Under the pieces are notes generated by a model that did no database searches, was not told the origin of the DNA, and saw nothing but the letters and a program-made list of their open reading frames with translations. A DNA stretch of 63,496 nt, filler included, from Octopus bimaculoides (Eukaryota), in assembly GCF_001194135.2 (NCBI RefSeq). It is 7 parts of 4 records of this genome, joined end to end, with 100 filler letters (N's around TTAATTAATTAA, not from the genome) between each part and the next. Parts side by side here need not be neighbours in the genome. Positions count along the whole stretch, not along the records: positions 1 to 3,603 come from NC_068985.1; positions 3,704 to 23,503 come from NC_068984.1; 5 more parts are not named here. One strand, given 5' to 3'. Positions 1 to 11,310 of the stretch are shown here, piece by piece. Every line of letters begins with the position of its first letter. Position 1 is the first letter of the stretch. The translations under genes were made by a program, and so were the position numbers.

Positions 1-34
<34 letters not shown>

Positions 35-117
35 ACACGTAATATGTGAGTATATGCATATATACGTACATGTATGTACAAACCTACATCTACATGTATA
101 TATAGATGCATATCTAG

Positions 118-500
118 GTACAGGACTTCACAAAAAAACGTGCACAAAATGAGAAACAGAACATAAGCAGAGCACAGAAAACACACAGGCCACATAGAGA
201 ACATTTCCTTCATCAGCTGCCACCATTCTAAAACTAAGCATTTCGAAGAGATAGGGCAGGACGCATTGTTAGAATGTCTCTTCCCGCGGAAACAAATTAA
301 ATTTGTAATGCGGAGGAATATGGTGGCGAACAGAAAACACGACAGGAAAACGAAACAGCGAAATTAAACAAGAAAGGCTATAAGGCCAGACGTGAAAAAT
401 ATATATATATATATACTGAACGCTGTGATATGACGAACTGAAAGGAAGAGAGACGAAGAAATTTCGTGCGAGCTTGGCAGTGGCCAAAGTCTGTAAGAAT
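118..500 (-). mobile_element. Interspersed repeat, possibly a Penelope-like terminal-repeat fragment
   Basis: Non-coding block (GGTACAGGAC..CACAAAAAAACGTG..., minus-strand GGCAGCTGATGAAGG) resembling cephalopod Penelope-associated repeats from memory; no ORF. Confidence 0.3.
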
Positions 501-617
501 TACTTAGAAGAGTTTTCAAGTGTAAAGGTGATCGTTTAAAACAATGTTTTAAAATCTTCTATCAAAATGTTACTAATATTTTGGGGGAAGATGGTTCTTT
601 TCCTAAACCTTTTCAAA

Positions 618-702
618 CACACGGTGTGACGCAGTGGGACTGAACCCAGAACCACGTGTTTGGGAAACAAGTTTCTTACCACACAGCCTTGCCTACGCCT
701 CT
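618..702 (-). mobile_element. SINE family 1, tRNA-like head only
   Basis: Reverse complement GGCTGTGTGGTAAGAAACTTG...GGTTCTGGGTTCAGTCCCACTGCG has A- and B-box-like motifs and matches the heads of copies at 17512, 47350 and 48120. Confidence 0.75.
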
Positions 703-1090
703 TTGTTTAATATGCTGCCATATTCTATGACAATTATCCGGCTTTTTTATGTTTCTTCCATATTTTACTAATTTCACTTATTCGAATGCCACCATACTTT
801 GACACTGCCTTCGACGTTTTTGCTTAAAACATTCGCGGACATCCGATCCCTTATTTCTGTTTGATACTTATTTTAGCGACGCTGTCTATCGAATCTACTG
901 TTTTTAAGGGAAAGCTGACACAACGGTTAACACAAACTCGCTTGAGCATCAGCACGTGACATGCTGCATGAAATGTTTCGAAAATACCGGAATGTTATTA
1001 GCTCAATCAAAGATTCTATTACCAGGTGAAAAAGACAACGCAAACAGGGGAAACCAAGGAAGAAGGGAAAATACTTAGCTACAAGCAGTT

Positions 1091-3289
1091 TAATAGAGAA
1101 GTTTTTCTTTCCATTTATCAGTAAAAATATCCAAGGCAGTAGTTTTAGCACGGATTTCATGCGCTTAGCTTTTTCTGCGTTTGTTTCTCGTATGTTTTAT
1201 TCCGGAATTTGTTGTACTTGGAATTCACTTAGATATTCCTTTGCCTGTTTTGTTACTGCGTATGATGCCTTCTTGTTTCCATGTTTTGAGACAAGTGTTA
1301 ACATCCAGTCCTCAGAGTTTTTCAGGCTGGTGTCTGGGTTACTTGTGACAATCTTCATTGTTAATGCCAGTTGTAAAAGTCTACGGCCTCCCTCTTTTCT
1401 TGGCAGATAAAGACGGTCTATATCTGCATTAGGGTGGTGCATTCTGTGCATTGTCAACAGTTTTCGTATTTTTCTGTCAAGATTACATATTTTAGTAATT
1501 GACAGTTAATGAAATTAAAACTGTAAGTCACGACTGGTATGGCTAAAGCATTGATTGCTTCGATCCTGTTTCTTGCATTCAGCTCTGTTCTCAGTATTGC
1601 TCTCACCCTACGATAACATTCTCTTCTGATCCTTCCCCTCACTGAATGTTTGATTCCGTCCCCTTCAATTACTCCTAGGTATTTGCAGCTCTCCGCTCGT
1701 TCTAACTCCTTTATGACGTTCTGCTGGTGAAGGTTTACCTTACATGTTTCTGTCATTTTTCCTTTGATAAAGGTAGCTTTTGCAAGTTTATCGAGGTCAA
1801 ATTGCATCCTGATCTCATCACTGAATTGTTTAACAGTCGCTAGTAAGCCCTGTAGTTGTTGGTCATTTTTTTGCAATGAGCTTTATATCATCCATGTAAG
1901 AGAGGTGACTTATATTTTTATCAAACATTTTATAACCGTACTGGGCATCATTGAGCAATTTTGAGAGAAGTGTTTATGCTAGACAAAAGATTAGAGGTGA
2001 TAGTGAGTCACCCTGGAATGTGCCACATGAAATTCTAACATCACCTGCATTTAGAGATTCATTGTCAATGTTCAAAGACAGTGTAGTTCTCCACGATCTC
2101 ATGGTTACAGGAAAAACGTTTCGCAGAGTAGGAGCTATTTTATACATTTCCAGACATTTCTTCATCCAGCTATGTGGTACGCAATCAAAAGCATTTGCAT
2201 AGTCTATTCAGGCTATTGACAAGTTATTGTGTCGCTTGTGACAATCTTCTAAGATCATCTTATTGATGAGTAGCTGATATTTACAACCATAAGATCCACG
2301 TTTACATCCTTTTCGCTCATTAGGGAATATGCCCACTTTCTATTAAGAAACTATAGGTATATTCATTCAGGCCAGATGTTAGCGTTTATACATTGTTGTT
2401 TAGCAGGTTATGGGTCGATAATTTTTTGGTTAATTTCTTTATTCCTTTTTTGGAAGTAGGAATGTTAAAACCATTAGCTATCCAAGAGGGAATCATACTA
2501 GGATGTTGCAAAACATCATTGTAAAGATTTGTTAGCAGTTCATGGCTCTCTGGGAAGGCATTCAATCAGACGTTAGGAATTCATACTTTGCTATGCGGGA
2601 AGCATTAGCACACATCTTTTGCTTGATGGTTTCTATGGTGGCATCAATGTCAAGTATAGTTTTCATATTATATTTTATCTTTAATTTTCGGGTTTTTGTA
2701 GGTTTGATAGTCTTGTTAGACTTAAGGTTTTTCAAACATTCTATATCAAACCTAAGTAGCTTAATATGGTGTTGAATACGTTCTTGCCAAGAAGGTTTTT
2801 TTGTGGGAATGTTGCCGTTTTCTAATCTTTTCACCACATAGAATCATTGAGATTTTCGCGGATGCATAGTACAGGTAGTTGAAATCTGTAATATCAACAT
2901 CATTAGCTGAAATTATATCCTTAAGTACAAGGCGGGATTTTACAAATAATTGTCAAGTTTTGGTCAGAATTGCGAATAATTGGGAGAGTATCGCGTTCAT
3001 TCATACTGGTTTCTTTAATTTTCAGCCATTCAAACATGATTTGAGTGTGACTTTCTTCATCTGCCTTAGTGTTTATGGTTGTTTCAGATAGTATTTCACT
3101 TTGCCTATCAGTTACATTAACTTTTTCAATCATTACAGCATTTTCATCAGCCCTGGGCTGGTCTATAATTATTTCCTCTGTAGTAACTTCTTTAGGTGCA
3201 GCATCGTTCTTTATATCGCTTACTGCTTGATTAATTTGGTCAATCTCTACTTCAGTTAGTAATTGTTTTATGTTTCTTCAGACGTTGGC
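1091..3289 (-). mobile_element. Decayed R4/Dong-like (RLE clade) non-LTR retrotransposon, reverse transcriptase region; 5'-truncated, with an internal deletion
   Basis: Minus-strand peptides include PSWQERIQHHIKLLRFDI, TFLLPKK..NYRPITC, CGTFQGDSLSPLIFCLA (RT motif), CKYLGV, RTELNARNRIEAINALAIPVVTYSF and HPNADIDRLYLPRKEGGRRL. There are many stops and frameshifts, and an apparent jump from RIAKY to the RT region near 2575. Confidence 0.85.
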
Positions 3290-3603
3290 ATTATTATTAT
3301 TATTATTATCATTCAGTAGCTTTATTTTTATAACGTGCTTTCACTCCACTACCGAGCGCAGCTCTGTGCGCCTTGGGTATGTGCTGTGGTTTGCTGTGGT
3401 GATCTTATGTTTACTGTATTGAAAGTGTTTTGCGTAGAATGTGTGCAGTACTCAGTAGTGCAATTTTCTGTATGTTATATATATTTGTAAGTCCTGGTAT
3501 TTTTGTTATGTATTTGTCTGAATATTTTTTTATTATACCTAAGGCACCTACTATGATAGGAATTGTTTCTGTTTTTAGATTCCACATTCGAGTTATCTCT
3601 ATT
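3290..3603 (-). mobile_element. 3' end of RLE LINE family A (C-terminus, 3' UTR and (AAT)n tail)
   Basis: Minus strand encodes EITRMWNLKTETIPIIVGALGIIKKYSDKYITKIPGLTNIYNIQKIALLSTAHILRKTLSIQ*, then a UTR ending AATAAAGCTACTGAATGATAATAAT. Highly similar to the copy at 23200-23503. Confidence 0.9.
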
Positions 3604-3703
3604 NNNNNNNNNNNNNNNNNNNNNNNNNNNNNNNNNNNNNNNNNNNNTTAATTAATTAANNNNNNNNNNNNNNNNNNNNNNNNNNNNNNNNNNNNNNNNN
3701 NNN
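3604..3703. other. Assembly gap marker: 44 N + TTAATTAATTAA + 44 N
   Basis: The identical 100-bp construct recurs at 23504, 34828, 47056, 50514 and 59403. The 12-mer has stops in all six frames. Confidence 0.95.
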
Positions 3704-4399
3704 TTATATAATAATATCTACATATATTTTTTAATAATTTCTATTCATTTCAATCACCTTTTTAAAATTGCGGCAGCATTAAAAACAGTCATCGTACATA
3801 TAAATTGTTAAGATGAATAATCTGTATAATCATGGGGCCAGGAAGATACGCTGAAGGTGAACTAGGAGTTTTTCTCAAAAATCGAAATCTCGGTGATACA
3901 GGTATGTCTGGCGTTTTCAATGTTCGATTATTTTCGTCACTGGTACGGACTGTTTTATGATATTTATTCATTTGCCCGCCTTCACCTTTGTGTTTAAGTG
4001 AAAATTTGTGGTTTGATCATCTTGCCTGCTTTATTTAGCATGCCGGTACAACTTGTTAGTAAACTTATTTATTAATATATATATCTTGATGGATCGGGAG
4101 AAAAAAAACTGAGAGAGAGAGAGATTGTGAGGAGAAAAAATGCAAAAGGTGTGAGGAGAAAAATATATATATATGAGAGTTGGGAGAAGAAAATAAAAAC
4201 AGGGAAAGAAATCATGAAGATGGAAGAATCAGAGAGAAAAGGGGGAAGAAGGGGAGAAGAGAAGACGAAAGGGGTAAAGAAAGGGAGGGAGAGAGAGTCA
4301 AGGTAACAGGTGCGGATTGGAAAAAAATAACAGAGTAAGGACAACCAGAGTAGGAAAAAGCAGAAAGTGCAAAAAAAGTTTAGAAAGTATAAAATAGTT

Positions 4400-4648
4400 A
4401 CGAAAAGTTCAAAAGGTTCAAAAGCTTCGAACGTTGTGGTGTATTGGAACGGTTTTTCATCAACAGAGGAGTCCAGTGTAATCCATAAGCAGGAGAGGTG
4501 AGAACTATCCGTCGAATGTAAATAATGTAATTAATATACATAATTCCTCATCTCTTAAATATAGAACTGTACGTATATTGGGCTTCGCATATTTGTACAC
4601 AGAGCCCCTGTGATAGCATGCACTGGTTTCGCACTCCGTAACAATAAA

Positions 4649-4719
<71 letters not shown>

Positions 4720-4950
4720 AATGATGATGATGGTGGTGGTGGTGGTGGTGGTGACGACGATGATAACGGATCCAGAATCCTTGTCCTGTACCGGATCGAT
4801 CCAAAAATGTAATCAGTTCGTACCAGTCACGAGGCCAAACATCTCTCAAAGTTTCATCTGAATCCATCCAGCGGTTCTTGAGATATCTTGTCCACGGACA
4901 AACAAACAAACAAACAGGACTGAAAACAATACCTCTGACTTAGCTAAGTT
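4400..4950 (-). mobile_element. Helentron-associated (HINE/DINE-1-like) non-autonomous element fragment, split by a microsatellite
   Basis: Minus strand has the palindrome ACTTAGCTAAGT, then GTATTGTTTTCAG, (GTTT)n and the core GATATCTCAAGAACCGCTGGATGGATTCAGATGAAACTTT, a layout typical of DINE-1/HINE elements. The left boundary is uncertain. Confidence 0.45.
4649..4765. repeat. (ATG)n-(GTG)n compound trinucleotide microsatellite
   Basis: Direct reading; explains the poly-His and poly-Met ORFs. Confidence 0.95.
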
Positions 4951-6499
4951 GGAACTAAATATGAAAATGTGAGATTGGGAAATGATCGTGACGTTGACAA
5001 CAACCACATAGACCATGGTGATGATAATGATGACGATAATCACGCGAGGACAACAACTACGGCGATGGCTACGATAGTGATTACTATGACAACAAAGGAT
5101 CTAAAATGAGAAAGAAAAATAAAAGCAAGGAAGTGTTGTTAATTCAATATGGCTAATCAATTTACTCTCTTTATCCTTAATTACATAATTGCAGCAACGA
5201 AAATATTTTTGGTAAATTGAAATGAATACGAATAAATTGACTTTTACGCATTTGTTCCTTGAAAATCTACAATAATTGTATTCCGTTATTTCCTACAAAT
5301 ATTTTGGAGAAAATATAAAGACATTGAACTAATGAAATATAAACACTATAAGGAACTAAAATTATTTGAATGATAATATAAAATAAAATCATTATAAAAA
5401 GATTGACGACGTTTATGAACTTTGTATCACACTAAACAATTATATTGATATTTAGAGACACGTTACTAACACATCTCTTGTACTTTTATGACAATGGATC
5501 GAAATATTTGCGGAAATTTTACGGAACACTAGAAAATCTATACAACCGTACAGCTGACGAACAAATAAAGTAATTTATTTTTCAAAATGTATATCCCATT
5601 CGATAGTCATCTCATCACATTTAGGAAATGTTTATCGAAATACTGCAAAATGCCTAGCGGATGTCAGACGGCCTTCTATAATGCAAATAAGCCTTCCAAC
5701 CAAGTAATTTGTTTTTCATTATGACAAATATTTTTTAACATTTTCATATTGTGTTAGCGGGGTAAAGAATATCATGTTGCATTTCAAAGTAGGAAAGAAA
5801 AATAATCTTCTTTAGTTGTAATTAATGTATTTAATTAAAACAGTATGTTTCCTCTTTATTAATGTCATTATCCCCTCTACTTACCCAATTCTTGATCCTT
5901 TCCGTGGTTTGTCTCTGCACTTAAACTTTCATTTCCAAAGTTAGGACGAACTAATATTTCCCGTCGCTGAAGAACGATTTTTTAGTCCACACAACATGCA
6001 ATATCGAATACAGGATATGATCAAACGAATCTTAAAAGGATAAAATCGATATAAATTTAACCATAATGGTATATAGTAATCTCCAAATAAATTGACACGA
6101 TTAGTATGCACTTACTAAGTATTAATGCTTCTCACTGTTCATCTGTACGGCCATACTTTTACATGCATATGTGGACATATATGGGAATTATTTTTCGTGT
6201 ATTTCAGAAGGTCTTGCAAGTTTTGCTTATTATTCTGGTTTCTTCTTATAATATTTGTTATTCTGTGCGTCTTTATAAATTATACGTAACTGACTCTCAA
6301 TGGCATTGCCTGAAATAAACTATTCTAACTTCATTTACTTGTGATTAAATTTTCTATTTTTACTTAATTTCATTCATTTATTATCCTTGTTTATAGATAT
6401 ATAACTCCATTTCTTCGTATTAAAATGTTCATGCTTGTACATATTTAACATTCCGGTATTTTCTCTACGATTGTATACACACACGCAAGCACAAACATG

Positions 6500-6539
<40 letters not shown>

Positions 6540-6882
6540 CACATATATGTGTTTATAAGGACTTTATTACAAGTGCTTGTAGGAATTTATTATGAACATT
6601 TGATGTGCTGCTTTGTTTATGTATATTTGTCAATGCGAGTGCGCATGCATATGTAGGCTAGTATGTCTATACGTTAGTATATATACATATATATATATAT
6701 ATATNNNNNNNNNNNNNNNNNNNNNNNNNNNNNNNNNNNNNNNNNNNNNNNNNNNNNNNNNNNNNNNNNNNNNNNNNNNNNNNNNNNNNNNNNNNNNNNN
6801 NNNNNNNNNNNNNNNNNNNNNNNNNNNNNNNNNNNNNNNNNNNNNNNNNNNCGTACATATATATATATAGAGAGAGAGTGAG

Positions 6883-6885
<3 letters not shown>

Positions 6886-6939
<54 letters not shown>

Positions 6940-6990
6940 TAGATCTAGATATAGATATATAGATGCGTATGTATATATATATATATATAT
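6886..6990. repeat. (GATA)n / (TA)n microsatellite
   Basis: Direct reading. Confidence 0.95.
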
Positions 6991-8842
6991 ATTAATTAAT
7001 CATTTTCTGGATTTGCGTTTCCCTCCGCTTTACACAAGTTTTAATTCGAACTTATAATTTACTTATATATTAATACTTTACTGTTAATTTACACATCACA
7101 CAACCACACAAATCGTAAGGAAACCTAAACTGTTATATTTTGAAAATTTGCCATCCATTCAAATTTAAATTCTAAACTGGTTGAGTTGAATTGTATCATA
7201 TCATATTATATTACTTGATACATGTACCATCACCATTTTAATTCAGTATTCTTGACAACTCATTGACGAATGGGAACCTGAAAGTCCGAGTAACAGACTT
7301 TTGAAGATTTTTTGCAACTTTAATAAAGTATGTATGTATGTATGCATATATGCATGTATGTATGCTTACACACACAGTGCGTATACTTATATTCACACAT
7401 ATAATTGTGTGTATGTGTACTTGCGACTTTACATCTCACTTCCAACGGACTGATATATAAAGAATGAGTTAGACAAAAGGACATAGGAGAGATTAAGAGA
7501 ATCAGAGACCCTCATCACCTTAGCTATGTAGTTTTTTTAGACTGAAATAATATACATTACAAATATGAAATACAAGTATATTGCCGCCACACACGTAGTG
7601 AAGGGAAATAAAGCAACTGTTTAGTGAGTTAGGAGCGTACAAACCCGCTAGATGAAAGGCTATGAAATCTGATCTAGTGGCCATTGACCGAGACTCATTT
7701 TGAAGATAGAAGTGATTGTTTACGACTGTTATGAACGAAGTCACTTGTTTGCTAGTTGTTAGGGTCAGAGAGTGTGTCCTTCTTGAGGACAGGTCACGGT
7801 GCTTCTTCTTTCTAACGATTGAAAATCGTATCTCAAGAAAAAGATTAAAGTGTTTGTTGAAGATAGGAAAGCATTGAAGTGTTAAACCGCTTTTCTTTTT
7901 ATGTTAGAATTAGATATTTCAAGTATCACGGCAATGATTTCTGTCAAACAATGTTTGTAGTATAATTTGAAAATATATATAAACTTCGATTAGATTCATT
8001 TTTAAGAAATCCATAAATTTTCTGTAAGTAAAATATATTTTCAATTTCTTTCCATTTGTTTTTCAGGTTGATGGTAAAGAAATTGTTATTAATGAATAAA
8101 ATGTATTTTTCTTTTTATAACAAGATTTAAGCTGATATTTCTTTCTGATGTTCCCCAAAATTTGTGTTGCGAAAATGTATTTCATCAATTTCAAATTTTA
8201 TAACAGAATTCCAACAACAAGAACGCAAACGTAAATGAAATTTTTATCATTAAAATGCAAGTTTGACAGCACAAAATATTCAGGCGTCAGAAGAAATTTT
8301 TAATGCATGAAATGCTGCACGGAGTAAAAAATCAGATAATTTGACAGGCTGACAAGCTGAGAGCTGTTACTGGAATGTACCCATGGCGAAGACTTAATTG
8401 TAAATTCATAAAAAATGTGAAATTAGATATTAAGTTAAAGGGTATCACACATAAATTTGATAGTGCAAAAAGAAGAGCAAAAGGGTATGCTTTGCAGAAG
8501 TGTTACATAACTCGTAATATCTTAAATTAAATATATAAGAAACGAACACTGTTGTTGCTGAAGATTAGTTACGTGCAGATATGGAATGTAAGTATGTATA
8601 TGTGTGGACAAACATTGCATGTTCAGTGTTTATTTAAACATTTCTCATGTGTATCTAGCTGAGTACGAATATATTTGCGCATTTATATGTATAAATATCT
8701 GAAAATCTCTCTCACTCACTCTCTTCCCGTACAATTGGCTGCCTATGTATGTGAGTGTATATAAATATGTTTAAATGATTATACATTCGTGTGTATACAT
8801 ACATATATACATACATACATACTTACATAAATAAATAAATAA

Positions 8843-8884
<42 letters not shown>

Positions 8885-8900
<16 letters not shown>

Positions 8901-8985
8901 CATACATATATGTTATATATATAATACATACATATATATTATATATATATATAATACATACATATATATTATATATATATATACA
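8885..8985. repeat. AT-rich minisatellite, ~26-30 bp unit (ATAATACATACATATAT..) x3, grown out of (TA)n
   Basis: The unit recurs three times with variable TA spacers. Confidence 0.8.
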
Positions 8986-9483
8986 TATTTAAAATACCAA
9001 AATATTATATATATGTATATATTTGTAAATATATGAATACATGTACACAGATACAAATATGTGTGTGCATGTGTGTGTGTGTGCATGTGTGTGTGTGTAT
9101 GTATGGGTGCCTGCAACATTAGACATTTTTTCATCGTGCCTAATACTTTCATTACGTGTCAGTGAGTTTAAGATATTATAATGTACAGGTATAATGTACC
9201 ACATATTATCTAGTAACGCAAACGCACAAACGAAATATATTGTATTATATATATGGAAATATATATAAAAGTACCGTATTATAGAATTATGAAATATGTA
9301 TTAGCTTATTTATGTAAGTATGTGTACACATGTCTCAGTATGTATCTATCAGAATAAATATATACTTATGTGAGTATAGTGCAGAAACTGAAAGTTTTAA
9401 AGAACGAAGAACAATATGAACACATTATGCATCAGATAATAGAAACAATGAAGAATAGAGCGAATAAGTAGAAAATGAAGAAA

Positions 9484-9485
<2 letters not shown>

Positions 9486-9550
<65 letters not shown>
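9486..9550. repeat. (TAG)n microsatellite; further tracts at 9862-9888 and 10325-10385
   Basis: Direct reading. Confidence 0.95.
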
Positions 9551-10325
9551 NNNNNNNNNNNNNNNNNNNNNNNNNNNNNNNNNNNNNNNNNNNNNNNNNN
9601 NNNNNNNNNNNNNNNNNNNNNNNNNNNNNNNNNNNNNNNNNNNNNNNNNNNNNNNNNNNNNNNNNNNNNNNNNNNNNNNNNNNNNNNNNNNNNNNNNNNN
9701 NNNNNNNNNNNNNNNNNNNNNNNNNNNNNNNNNNNNNNNNNNNNNNNNNNNNNNNNNNGAATGAGGATGTTAGGGTGGGGTGGGGTGGTGGAATGAGGAT
9801 GTTAGGGTGGGGTGGGGTGTTGGAGTGGGGTGGGGTGTTGGAGTGGTATGGGGTGACGGGAGTAGTAGTAGTAGTAGTAGTAGTAGTAGAACGGTGATAA
9901 GCCCATAAATATGAACAACGGGATAGAGAAATATCTTATCAGTAAATATAAATGAAGGCGATTAAAAATAAATATATAGTAATACAATGAAGGCGATTTA
10001 GAATATCTAAAAATGTGAACTGCATGATAATAATAGGAAAGTATGTGAAATACGAAAGAAAAGAACACGGTAAACGACAAAATGGAGAATAAGGAAGGAA
10101 ATGGAAGTAGAAGTTGCACACGATTATTACAGGGAAGAGGGCAACAAGGCTGGTGGCGTTGGTGGATCTAATGCTACTCCTGATGACTGTGATGATGAAC
10201 GAACTCGAAGACTAGGCTTAGATTTTATCAATAAAAGAGAAGTGAATAGGTGTACGGTATCCTTGGAGATAAATCTAAGCAAGAGGTAAGTATCGAAATG
10301 GAAGTAAATATCGCTTCCACATCGA

Positions 10326-10385
<60 letters not shown>

Positions 10386-10479
10386 AAGCAGCAGCAAGTG
10401 CGGCAGTAGTCCGAAGAAAGAGAAAATTGAATGAAATGTTAAAAGCTAATGGAAAATAATGCACTGTATATTGGTGATG

Positions 10480-10872
10480 AGGAAGGTTGAATTACTCCTT
10501 TTGAAGTGATCGATTTCCCTGCTGATGTCGTTGTCCCTGATATCATTCACCTGGACTGTCTTTAATTAGATATGGGGGCGTGCTCTGTGAAGGTATTGAA
10601 CACCTGCTACGGTCGTCGTTTCTTGCCGCTGCCTTCAAGTGTTCTTTCACTCAGAAATTTCGCTCTTTCGCTCGGAAGTTCTGGGCCGATTCTTTCTCCC
10701 AGACATCTGCGATGGCCTTGTCGCGCATCCAAATGGGCGGGTAGTACTCAATTACGTCACAGAACAGGCGATTCACATTCAATAAGTTTATTATCTTCAG
10801 GGTCTGCAGTGAAATCCAAGGTCGCTTGAGAAGAGGTCTTGAATCCATCAGTAACTCACGCGCAGACTGGTT
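10480..10872 (-). mobile_element. RTE-clade LINE fragment, linker between endonuclease and RT
   Basis: Minus strand NINQSARELL..KRPWISLQTLKII..RDKAIADVWEK..HLKAARNDDR matches the PWIS linker of RTE ORFs. Confidence 0.7.
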
Positions 10873-10879
10873 GATGTTT

Positions 10880-11310
10880 AAAGATCTCTTTTAGATCACT
10901 GCTCTATCTTACAAAAGGTAAAACTCGGCATTTGCAACGTGTTGGTCCTTTCGGTTCTCCTCTTTGGAACAGAAACGTGGCCCTTCAAGAAGACCCTGGC
11001 AAAGAGGATCAACGGCTCCGACAGTAGAGCTCTAAGGATCCTCGAAAACATCAGGTAGTACCATCGCGTTTTCAACGAAGAATTGCGTGCACGTATGCAT
11101 CAGCCTGAAGCCTTCCAACCTCATAGCAATCCACCGCTTGCGCTGGTAAGGAATATGTTTGCCGTTTTCCAGAGCTATATTCTCGTTCAGCGCAGAAACT
11201 GTGGACTGGAAGAGACCCTGTGACAGGCTCAGCACTAGATGGGTGAAGGCAATTAAGGAAGATCTCCAGAAGTTCGATGTAATTTTGGAGGATGCAGAAG
11301 AGTTGGCAAA
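10880..11310 (+). mobile_element. RTE-clade LINE fragment, post-RT C-terminal region
   Basis: KVKLGICNVLVLSVLLFGTETWPFKK..RALRILENIR*YHRVFNEELRAR and WKRPCDRLSTRWVKAIKEDLQKF correspond to the degenerate K.+Y..LLYG.ETW and KRPRGRP..RW.D.+K.DL motifs. Confidence 0.8.

Noticed and set aside
205-250. CTGATGA hammerhead-like box on the minus strand (210-216)
   Set aside because: No downstream stem II plus GAAA box and no convincing stem III could be built.
3648-3659. Repeated TTAATTAATTAA palindrome as a regulatory or repeat-spacer element
   Set aside because: Always centred in exactly 44+44 N; an assembly linker.
4505-4909. 134-aa poly-His ORF and the opposite poly-Met ORF
   Set aside because: Translations of an (ATG)n(GTG)n microsatellite inside a non-coding repeat.
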